Source: Candidatus Krumholzibacteriota bacterium
Lineage (GTDB): Bacteria > Krumholzibacteriota > Krumholzibacteriia > LZORAL124-64-63
Length of the DNA stretch: 32,241 bases
Reading direction: 5' to 3'
Assembly: GCA_039714075.1 (NCBI GenBank)
Contig: JBDLKA010000034.1
Coordinates: 1 to 32,241 of the forward strand
The translations under genes and the position numbers were made by a program. The notes below the pieces were generated by a model. That model did no database searches and was not told the DNA's origin. It saw nothing but the letters and a program-made list of their open reading frames with translations. Positions 8,570-16,538 of the stretch are shown here, piece after piece; positions within the stretch are counted from its first letter, which is position 1, and each line of letters begins with the position of its first letter.

Positions 8570-8595
8570 TTTATATTAAACACCAAATTGTTCAA
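8568..8595 (-). promoter_or_regulatory. Putative sigma70 promoter of the hdrA-qmoC-mvh operon
   Basis: Minus strand TTGAAC-16 nt-TAAAAT, oriented toward hdrA, inside an AT-rich island. Confidence 0.45.
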
Positions 8596-8731
8596 AACGT
8601 TGTGAACCCTTATTTTGCGGGATCGGTGGGAAATTTGTCCCCAAAATCTTCCTTTGGGCAATTCCTGGTATAATTCCACGATGTGCCCTGGGGTCCGGTG
8701 GGGCCGGAAAACATCCCCTCGCCTTGCCGAT

Positions 8732-9433
8732 CTAGCCGAACACCTTCCGCAAAAGCTCCGTGGTGCGCGCCGCGGGGTCGTCGCGGATCTTTTTCTCTTC
8801 CCCTTCGAGGATCAGAAAGATTCCGTCCACCGTGCGCTCGGTAATGTAGTCGTCAAGATCGACGGCTTCGGGTTTGGCGATCGGCAGCATGTTGTAGCGG
8901 GCGACCAGGTCTTCGTGGATCCGGTAGACCCCGACCTCTTTCATCGAGGAAATGACGATCGGCTGAAATCGCGCCATGAGCTCGGAGCTGGTCTGGCGGC
9001 GGAAGTATTCGGTGGCGGCGTTGTCCTCGCCGTTGAGGATGCCGAAGGCGTCGGAAATACTCATCCTGGTGATCGAATCCCAGAACACCTCGACGGCCTC
9101 GGCCGAGGCCTTTTCCGCCGCCCGGTTCATGCTGAGTTCAAACTGATCCACCTGCGACCCCAGGCCGATGTCGCGGATGGCCTTGGCCACGCTGTCGTAT
9201 TGTTCGGGCAGGGCGACGCGAATGGCGGCGTTGCCGTAGAACCCGTCCACGGCCGAGGTGGTATTCGTGGAGCGCTCGGTGCCGATGCGCAGCGCTTCCT
9301 TGAGGCCGGCGGCCACGGTCTCGCTGTCCAGGGGCTTGTTCAGAATCCGGTCCAGGGATTCGGCGTTGAACCCGGCGCAACCGGAGACCAGTAGGCAGGC
9401 GATGGCCAGGGCGAGGATCCGTCGTGTCTTCAT
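8732..9433 (-). CDS. DUF4197-family lipoprotein
   Basis: Start MKTRRILA (ATG 9433); lipobox LVSGC; GLKEALRIG, MNRAAEKA, NAATEYF, IRDDPAARTTELLRKVFG. Confidence 0.88.
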   Translation of the reverse strand: MKTRRILALAIACLLVSGCAGFNAESLDRILNKPLDSETVAAGLKEALRIGTERSTNTTSAVDGFYGNAAIRVALPEQYDSVAKAIRDIGLGSQVDQFELSMNRAAEKASAEAVEVFWDSITRMSISDAFGILNGEDNAATEYFRRQTSSELMARFQPIVISSMKEVGVYRIHEDLVARYNMLPIAKPEAVDLDDYITERTVDGIFLILEGEEKKIRDDPAARTTELLRKVFG

Positions 9434-9653
9434 TTTGGTCCGTCCTTTCGGGAAGGGTGGAATTGTGCCCTTCATTTTTCGGGTTGTCCATTCATATGCA
9501 CGAAAGGATGGTTTCGGCGGGGGCATTTTTATCATCCAGGGCCCCGGATGTTCCACGCTCGGCCACTCTCGGGAATAGACGATCAATTGAGTTCACTTCT
9601 TGCTGGGGGAATATGGTTTTTCAACGATCATTCCCAGCACAGGAAAGGCTGAC

Positions 9654-10322
9654 ATGAACTTCCCGAAGAGACGAACCGTCCTTTTGATCACCTTGGCCGT
9701 TCTCGTTCCCTTGTCCGCAAATGCCGGGCCTTTTTACGGGGGACTCAACTTGGGATACACCGGAGGCTTGGGCATCCAGGCCACCGGCAGTTTCATGGAT
9801 TTCACCCGCGACCTTCCCTTGTCCGCGCGGTTCACCCTGGGCTACAACTCGGCCAGTCCCGGCGACCCGTACGCTGCGCGGCAAATATTCATCAACGACA
9901 ATACCAACGGCGACCCGGAAAAAAGCGCCAGCACCTGGCAGTTCCGTTTCGATCTGATGTTTCCCGCTTTCGAACTCGGGCCCCAGACCCTCTATCTGTT
10001 CGCCGGGCCCCGCCATGCCAAGTATACGGCCAACTTCAATTATATAGGCGGCAACGAGAACTTCGACGTGACCAGCAACACCTGGGGCGCCGGACTGGGA
10101 TTCGAAAGCTGGTTCGCGGTGGGCGGCACGTCGGATTTCGTTCTGCAGGTAGGTGCGGATTGGTATGCCGAATCCGAACTGTCCGGCCACGATACCACCT
10201 ATCTTCCGAGTGGCGACCACGTCAATCCCCGGGACGGATATGACTACAATTCGGCCGACGACGCAATCGACCAGCCGAGCCTGGAATTGCTGGCGATGAT
10301 GGGGATGCGCTTCGGGTTTTGA
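9654..10322 (+). CDS. Putative outer-membrane beta-barrel protein
   Basis: Start MNFPKRR (ATG 9654, AGGAAAGG RBS); signal peptide ending ANA; alternating aromatic/Gly strands; C-terminal MRFGF. Confidence 0.65.
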   Translation: MNFPKRRTVLLITLAVLVPLSANAGPFYGGLNLGYTGGLGIQATGSFMDFTRDLPLSARFTLGYNSASPGDPYAARQIFINDNTNGDPEKSASTWQFRFDLMFPAFELGPQTLYLFAGPRHAKYTANFNYIGGNENFDVTSNTWGAGLGFESWFAVGGTSDFVLQVGADWYAESELSGHDTTYLPSGDHVNPRDGYDYNSADDAIDQPSLELLAMMGMRFGF

Positions 10323-10429
10323 TAGCCGCCGATTTCCCACCATTATCCTGGGTTGAAGTGGCCGTCATTCGCGAGTAGATTGGTCGGATTCGGCCTTGGT
10401 ATTGGACTCAAACCCGGAGATGACGAGCC

Positions 10430-11464
10430 ATGAATAATGCGATCAGGCCCTTGTTGGTTCTTGCGGCCCTGTCCCTTCTCGTTCTTGCCGGCTGCGGCGG
10501 CGGAGAACCGGCCGATACGGCGGCCGGCGGACCGCCCACCCCGCAGCACAAGAACATGTTCGGCGGCATGCCGAAGGTCATGGAGTCGGCCGACAATCCC
10601 CTGACCGACGCCAAGATCGAGCTGGGCCGCATCCTCTATTACGAGCCCCGCATGTCGGTCAGCAATGACATTTCCTGCAACAGCTGCCACGTGCTGGATG
10701 AGTTCGGCGTGGACGGGTTGGCCACCTCGCCCGGCCACGACGGCACCCTCGGCGCCCGCAACAGCCCGACGGTCTACAACGCCGCCAATCACATCGCCCA
10801 GTTCTGGGACGGCCGCGAACCCACGGTCGAAGCCCAGGCCAAGGGCCCGATCCTCAACCCGGTCGAGCACGGCATGGCCTCAGCCGAGGCTGTTGAAGAG
10901 GTTCTGCGAGGCATTCCCGAGTACGCCCCCTTGTTCGAGGCGGCATTTCCGGGCGAGGAAGAGCCGGTCACCTTCGACAACGTGGCGATGGCCATCGGCG
11001 CCTTCGAGCGCAAGCTGACCACCCGCGGCGACTGGGACCGCTGGCTGGCGGGCGACGGCAACGCCATCACCGTTCAGGAGCGCCGCGGCCTGGACACCTT
11101 CACGGAAATCGGCTGCACGACCTGCCACATGGGTCCCAACCTGGGCGGATCGTTGTACCAGAAAATGGGATTGGTGGAGGCCTATCCTTCCGAGGACAAG
11201 GGTCGCTCGGAGGTAACCGGCAACGCGGCCGAGGAGTACTTCTTCAAGGTGCCGTCCCTGCGAAACATCGCCGAGACCGGTCCCTATATGCATGACGGCT
11301 CGCTCGAGTCCCTGGAAGAGGTCGTGCGGATCATGGCCAAGCACCAGCTCGGCAAGCCCGTGACCGAGGCGCAGGTCGCCGACATGGTGGCCTTCATGAA
11401 GAAGCTCACGGGCAAGTTGCCGGCGGAGTACATTACCGAGCCGAAGTTGCCGGGGATGTCGTAG
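10430..11464 (+). CDS. Di-heme cytochrome c peroxidase (CCP/MauG family), lipoprotein
   Basis: CNSCH and CTTCH heme motifs; RNSPTVYNA, QFWDGR, PILNPVEH, FKVPSLRNI, PYMHDG; lipobox LAGC. Confidence 0.93.
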   Translation: MNNAIRPLLVLAALSLLVLAGCGGGEPADTAAGGPPTPQHKNMFGGMPKVMESADNPLTDAKIELGRILYYEPRMSVSNDISCNSCHVLDEFGVDGLATSPGHDGTLGARNSPTVYNAANHIAQFWDGREPTVEAQAKGPILNPVEHGMASAEAVEEVLRGIPEYAPLFEAAFPGEEEPVTFDNVAMAIGAFERKLTTRGDWDRWLAGDGNAITVQERRGLDTFTEIGCTTCHMGPNLGGSLYQKMGLVEAYPSEDKGRSEVTGNAAEEYFFKVPSLRNIAETGPYMHDGSLESLEEVVRIMAKHQLGKPVTEAQVADMVAFMKKLTGKLPAEYITEPKLPGMS

Positions 11465-11503
11465 GTGAAATCCTGAGGCGGAGCGTTCGAAGAGCCAAAC
11501 ATC

Positions 11504-11535
11504 AAAATGAGGTGTCCCCGGGGGCACCTCATTTT
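11504..11535. repeat. Palindrome/terminator-like hairpin AAAATGAGGTGTCCCCGGGGGCACCTCATTTT
   Basis: Near-perfect inverted repeat 40 bp after the peroxidase stop, followed by a T-tract; core shared with 30661 and 31458. Confidence 0.75.
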
Positions 11536-11658
11536 TTCATATCATCATGGTGGCCGGCGTTTCTTTCTGCCGGACCAGTGAAACCATGATAGGATTTTGG
11601 GGTAAACGTCCCACGGGAATTGGGAAATCACAAAACGAGTGAAAAATTGAAATCCCCC

Positions 11659-13164
11659 ATGATACAGAATGTCAGATGGTCAAGTGGTTCACGAATCCCA
11701 CTGTGGCTCCAGTCCGCCCTGATGGTTCTTTTATTTTTTCCATCCAACAAAGCGGCCGCGGCCCCATTGGAAACGGAAAGGGCGGCCGCATTCCTTCAGG
11801 GTATGCTTGATCACCCGGACTCCATGAATGCGTTCATCAGCGACGAAGATCAGATAACATCCCGACGTTTGGGCATCAGTTATCCCGAAGCCCCCTGCAA
11901 GCCGTTGATCTCCTGGGGTCTTTCTGTGGAGGACCACGCCCGATTGCTTCGGGACGGTTTGGACGGCCAGTTCAACATCGAGGAACTTGATGGCCGGTTT
12001 TCCCGTCTGGTCCTTTTCCCCGGCGACAGCACCGCGACCCGGAGCTGGGATTTTCAGGACGGCATGGTGGTTTCCTCGATCCTCCATCGGACGCGGGAAT
12101 GGAAGCAGATCGACTCGCCCCACTTCCGTTTCTTCATCAGCGACACCGCGCTGTTCCATCCCGCCAACATTGAGGCGCTCGAATCATTTCTGACAGACAC
12201 GGCCTCGCTGCTGGGCATGTCGGACGCCGACCTGGACCGGCTTTCCCGGGAGAAGATCTACTACTGTTTCTGCAGCAGCCAGGAGGAGATTCGCGAGCTC
12301 ACCGGGTATGTCGCACGGGGCATGTATGTGGTTTCCCACGACATCATCGTGTCGACCTATAGCGCCCACTTTCATGAGCTGGCGCACCTTTTGATGAACT
12401 ACAAGCTCCAGCGGCCTCACCTGTATACGCACCCCCTGTTTTTGGAGGGGTTCGCCGTCGCGGTCGGCGGGCGGGGCGGCAGGTCGCCGGATATTATGCA
12501 CCAGTTAGGCCTGTCCATTCATCGGGAGGGGTGGGTGTCGCTGGAAGAATTGTTGGATGCCCAAGGGTTCTATTCGTTGAATGCATCAATGTCCTATCCC
12601 GGCAGCGCACCCTTCAATCGGTTCCTCCTGGAAGAGCTGGAGTCCACGGACTATTTGGTGCTTTATGAACGATACGGGGGAGACGCCCCATCGGTCATGC
12701 GAATGAAGATCGACCAAGCGGAGTTGCCGACAGAAAAGTCCTGGCGAAAATATCTGGAGGAACAGCCGGCTGAAGGCGCGATCGGACCCGGAGCCGTCGG
12801 GCTTGAGACGAGAAGCGGCCCGGTGGCGTTCCATCCGCTTTCCGACGGCGCGCACTTCGGATTCGCGGTTTTCGGCACGACGCTGGCGATTGCAGGACCA
12901 CCTTCCGCGGAGTACCGCAGCTTTCTTTACGAGGATTTTTTTGAAAACGCACCCTATGCCGGACAGCGGTATCTGATCAGGGCCTCGGCGGGAGAAGTCG
13001 GTGTGTATGACCTCTTTACGAACACGATGATCGCGCACTACGCATCGGGATTCTCGGATGACCTTTCGGAAATCCCGGTTGTCGACGGCCGGTTCCTTTT
13101 TCACGTTGACCGGTCGGTATTTCCCGATGACCTGGGAGCTGTCGAGTGTCGGTTCATTGAATAA
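11659..13164 (+). CDS. Secreted hypothetical protein with gluzincin (peptidase MA-like) motif
   Basis: Signal-like N-terminus; SPHFRFF, FHELAH followed by FLEGFAV (HExxH..E); start uncertain. Confidence 0.6.
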   Translation: MIQNVRWSSGSRIPLWLQSALMVLLFFPSNKAAAAPLETERAAAFLQGMLDHPDSMNAFISDEDQITSRRLGISYPEAPCKPLISWGLSVEDHARLLRDGLDGQFNIEELDGRFSRLVLFPGDSTATRSWDFQDGMVVSSILHRTREWKQIDSPHFRFFISDTALFHPANIEALESFLTDTASLLGMSDADLDRLSREKIYYCFCSSQEEIRELTGYVARGMYVVSHDIIVSTYSAHFHELAHLLMNYKLQRPHLYTHPLFLEGFAVAVGGRGGRSPDIMHQLGLSIHREGWVSLEELLDAQGFYSLNASMSYPGSAPFNRFLLEELESTDYLVLYERYGGDAPSVMRMKIDQAELPTEKSWRKYLEEQPAEGAIGPGAVGLETRSGPVAFHPLSDGAHFGFAVFGTTLAIAGPPSAEYRSFLYEDFFENAPYAGQRYLIRASAGEVGVYDLFTNTMIAHYASGFSDDLSEIPVVDGRFLFHVDRSVFPDDLGAVECRFIE

Positions 13165-13183
13165 TGACCGGGGCGATGAAGGT

Positions 13184-14830
13184 CTAGTTGACCACATCCA
13201 TCCTGAGGCGCCTGCCTGCGACGCGGCGCGATTGCCAAGCACGCACTCCCAGCAGCAACAGGGGCATCGATACCCAGACCGCGATCCTGGCGGCCGCGAA
13301 CTCCGCGTACATAAAATTCATGAGCACGAAAACAAGCGCGACGGCGCCCGAGAGAAGACCCAAACCGATGCGTTTGGCGGTCTGTTCGTTGGTATAGGCC
13401 AGCGAAAAGGGCATGATCATCACGAAGGGCTGAAGGAATGAAACGATGATTTCCACCTGAAAGCCGAGCACCAGGCAGTCGAGGGCGATGATGTGGGGCG
13501 CCACCCCCATGAAAGCGGCCTTGGCAATGTACAGGGCCAGGACGGGGGCCAGGATCAGTCCCCGGATCATTCCACGCTGGGCCTTGAGAAGCCCGCCGGT
13601 TTCAAGGTCGGACAGGCCCACGATCCACAGGGCCTTGGGCGTGCTGCTGAAGGAGGCCAGGAATATCACCGTGGCGGCCATCAACGTGAGGAAGTGCGTG
13701 TTGCGGATGGCCAGCAGGGCGGTGAAGCGTACGTCTTCGGGGTTTAAATCCAGGGGCACGATCTTATCCATGCCGAAGAACATGAACCCCATCATCAAGG
13801 GCATGGTGGCCATGCCGCCGATGAACCGCCAGTCTTCGCGCAGGTGGCTTTCCAGGAGGCGGCGGACCACCCAGCCCTCACGCCCGGGCATCAGGGGCCG
13901 GACCAACCAGGAAACGACGGCCGAATAGTGCCAGCGTGAGGGTCGTTTCTCCACCGGTTGGACTTCCTGCCCGGCTCCGGATGGGGCCATCAGGCGGAAC
14001 CCCGCGGTGATCATCACCAAGGTCACGGTCACGCCAAGGGCGGCCATCGACCAGGAAAAGGCATCGACCTGCAGGTCGCCGAAGGCGGCGAACCACGTCA
14101 GGGGCAGGGCGTAGAGAACCCGGGAATGCTCCATGAACCAGGGATGCAGGCGCTGTAACATGAACCCCAGCAGCCACAGGACCAGGAAGGTGTTTCCGTC
14201 GGCGACCAGGGCGGCCAGACGCTGGGCGCGGCGGCGGCCCCGGAGTCGTACGACCAGAGCCAGGGCGGTTCCCACGCCGAAGGTCACCCCGAGGGTCTGG
14301 ATCGTCAACCCGGCGGCCAGGGTCACGGCGGAAATCAACGGTGGGCGGCCGGTGATGGCATAGACCAGCAGGGGAACGGTCCCCAGGGCCAGGGTAATCT
14401 GCAGTGCCGGCTTGAGGATGGTGCCGAGCCGGGCCAGGAGCAGTTCCCGCGCGGTGACCGGCCACCATCCGATGGCCAGGAAGTCGTCGTCCACCAGCAG
14501 GGACGGGCCGGCCAGGCTGACCACCATGTTCACCACCAGCAGCCAGTGCGCTCCGACAAGGATCAGGACTCCCCAATGGGGATGATGGTCGGCCGGGTCG
14601 ATCAACATGGTCAGCGACAGGAAAACCGAACCAAGCGCCGTAATCACGATGAAGATCGTGCGCCAGGCCGAGGCCGACATGGCCTGTTTGCGCCGACTGC
14701 TCTGGCGCAGGATTTCGTAGCTGCCTTCGGCGGCCTTTTCGATGCCGTGGTAAAGAGGCAGGACCACTTCGGGCCGTCCGCCCGCCGTTTTCACCAGGCG
14801 GGCGAAGATTCGGCTGATCAACCGGCTCAC
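13184..14830 (-). CDS. Polytopic ABC exporter permease
   Basis: More than 10 hydrophobic segments; WWPVTARELLLARL; GTGA overlap with the upstream ATPase. Confidence 0.7.
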   Translation of the reverse strand: MSRLISRIFARLVKTAGGRPEVVLPLYHGIEKAAEGSYEILRQSSRRKQAMSASAWRTIFIVITALGSVFLSLTMLIDPADHHPHWGVLILVGAHWLLVVNMVVSLAGPSLLVDDDFLAIGWWPVTARELLLARLGTILKPALQITLALGTVPLLVYAITGRPPLISAVTLAAGLTIQTLGVTFGVGTALALVVRLRGRRRAQRLAALVADGNTFLVLWLLGFMLQRLHPWFMEHSRVLYALPLTWFAAFGDLQVDAFSWSMAALGVTVTLVMITAGFRLMAPSGAGQEVQPVEKRPSRWHYSAVVSWLVRPLMPGREGWVVRRLLESHLREDWRFIGGMATMPLMMGFMFFGMDKIVPLDLNPEDVRFTALLAIRNTHFLTLMAATVIFLASFSSTPKALWIVGLSDLETGGLLKAQRGMIRGLILAPVLALYIAKAAFMGVAPHIIALDCLVLGFQVEIIVSFLQPFVMIMPFSLAYTNEQTAKRIGLGLLSGAVALVFVLMNFMYAEFAAARIAVWVSMPLLLLGVRAWQSRRVAGRRLRMDVVN

Positions 14831-15561
14831 GAGGCGGCCTCTTCCTGGCCGTCGGTCAGTTCGAGGAAGATGTCCCGCAGGCCGGCGCCCGCGTGACTGT
14901 CGCGCAGATCGCTCAACGGTCCTTCGTAACGCAGGCAGCCCTCGTGGATCAGGATCACGTGCTCACACAACTCCTCGACCTGCTGCAGGATGTGGCTGGA
15001 GTAGACCACGGTGCGCCCGGCGGCGGCTTCCTTCTTCAGCAGGGCACCCAGGCGCTTCTGGCTCTTGACGTCCAGTCCGTCCATGGGTTCGTCCAGGAAC
15101 AGGACATCCGGTTTGTGAAGCAGGGCCGCGGTCACCAGGATCTTGCGCCGCATGCCCTTGCTGAAGGTGCCGAGACGGTTGTTGCGGGCCTCGGCCACTT
15201 CGAAGTGTTCCATGTATTCGGTGGCGCGCCGGGAAATGACCGCATCGTCCAGGCCACGGATCTTGCCGGCCAGCTCGAGATATTCGTCCGCGGTCAGGCC
15301 CTCGTAGAGGGAGCCGTGTTCGGGGACGTAGCCCAGGCTGCGGCGCACGTCCTGGCCCTGGGTGAGAATGTCGTAACCGGCCACCGTGGCGGTGCCGCTG
15401 GTGGGAGCCAGCAGGGTGGTCAGCATGTTCAGGGTGGTGGTTTTGCCGGCGCCGTTGGGACCCAGCAGGGCGATGATTTTCCCGGCGGGGATGGTCACCG
15501 TGAGGTTGTCGACGGCGGTTAGGGAATCGAAGGTTCTCGTGAGGCCTTGAAGCTGGATCAT
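14827..15561 (-). CDS. ABC transporter ATP-binding protein (ABC-2/multidrug type)
   Basis: Walker A GPNGAGKTT, signature FSKGM, Walker B LFLDEP, SSH. Confidence 0.95.
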   Translation of the reverse strand: MIQLQGLTRTFDSLTAVDNLTVTIPAGKIIALLGPNGAGKTTTLNMLTTLLAPTSGTATVAGYDILTQGQDVRRSLGYVPEHGSLYEGLTADEYLELAGKIRGLDDAVISRRATEYMEHFEVAEARNNRLGTFSKGMRRKILVTAALLHKPDVLFLDEPMDGLDVKSQKRLGALLKKEAAAGRTVVYSSHILQQVEELCEHVILIHEGCLRYEGPLSDLRDSHAGAGLRDIFLELTDGQEEAAS

Positions 15562-15640
15562 GGAAGTTTATTTCTCCTGAAATATTTGAGGACGCGGTAC
15601 AATCAGGGTAAATCATATACCCGGCAAAGGAAAAAATATT

Positions 15641-16072
15641 GTGATACGTCCTTCAACTCCAAATGATTGGGAACCTCTTTTCATTTTGTACAGTACCATC
15701 TTCCGGTCGTATATCGAGGAAATTTGGGGTTGGGACGAAGACTGGCAGCGCGCCCGCTTCACGCAGGATATGGAGTCATCGGTCACATCGGTTGTGGAGT
15801 TTGCGGGAGAAACGGTCGGATATGTGCAGACCGAAACGGACACGAAGCGACTTTACCTCAGGAACATCGGGCTGTTTCCCCATGTCCAGGGGAAGGGAAT
15901 CGGAACCGGTCTGGTTAAAGGGCTTCAGCGGCAGGCCGCGGATTTGGGGGTTCCGGTTGCGTTGTCGGTATTTCGCACGAACCTGCGAGCCCGGGAATTT
16001 TACGATCGGCTTGGTTTTGAGAAGACCGGGGAAACCGAAACCCATATCGAGATGGAATGGCGCCCGGCCTGA
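15641..16072 (+). CDS. GNAT-family N-acetyltransferase
   Basis: QGKGIGT acetyl-CoA motif; NLRAREFYDRLGF; IEEIWGWDE. Confidence 0.88.
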   Translation: MIRPSTPNDWEPLFILYSTIFRSYIEEIWGWDEDWQRARFTQDMESSVTSVVEFAGETVGYVQTETDTKRLYLRNIGLFPHVQGKGIGTGLVKGLQRQAADLGVPVALSVFRTNLRAREFYDRLGFEKTGETETHIEMEWRPA

Positions 16073-16124
16073 AAGTTCCTGTACATAGAGGGTTTTTAAT
16101 TTATGTCACAAGGGGGGAGTAATT

Positions 16125-16511
16125 TTGTTTCGGTCAACGGCGATCCTCATCTGTACTTTTTCGACAATAATTTTTTTATCCGGATGTTCAGTGTTTTGGG
16201 ACCAATTGATTTGTGAAGATCCGGAAATTGTCTATTCAAGCCTTTACCAGGATCCACCCGACAACACCGTCTGGGTATTTCAGGAACTCTCGGGTGGAGT
16301 TCAATGCGATGGGGAAAAGGAGCAACCCCCGGACACTGTGCGCTTGTTTTTGGACAATGGAATTGCTGTTTATGATTTCTATTCCGGTGGCCCGGGGGTG
16401 GTTTGCTTGGCCTGCAGTTGTCCAGACTATGTTACCTGGCACTACGTTCTGATCGCCGAAGTAGATGTCCCGTTCGTGGCCGAATTCGGGTACGTGCCGG
16501 AGTCAATGTAG
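16125..16511 (+). CDS. Small Cys-rich lipoprotein, unknown function
   Basis: TTG start after AGGGGGAG; lipobox FLSGC; GVQC and VCLACSCP motifs. Confidence 0.6.
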   Translation: MFRSTAILICTFSTIIFLSGCSVFWDQLICEDPEIVYSSLYQDPPDNTVWVFQELSGGVQCDGEKEQPPDTVRLFLDNGIAVYDFYSGGPGVVCLACSCPDYVTWHYVLIAEVDVPFVAEFGYVPESM

Positions 16512-16538
16512 TTTGAGTTCCTTAATGGAAGGAATCCA

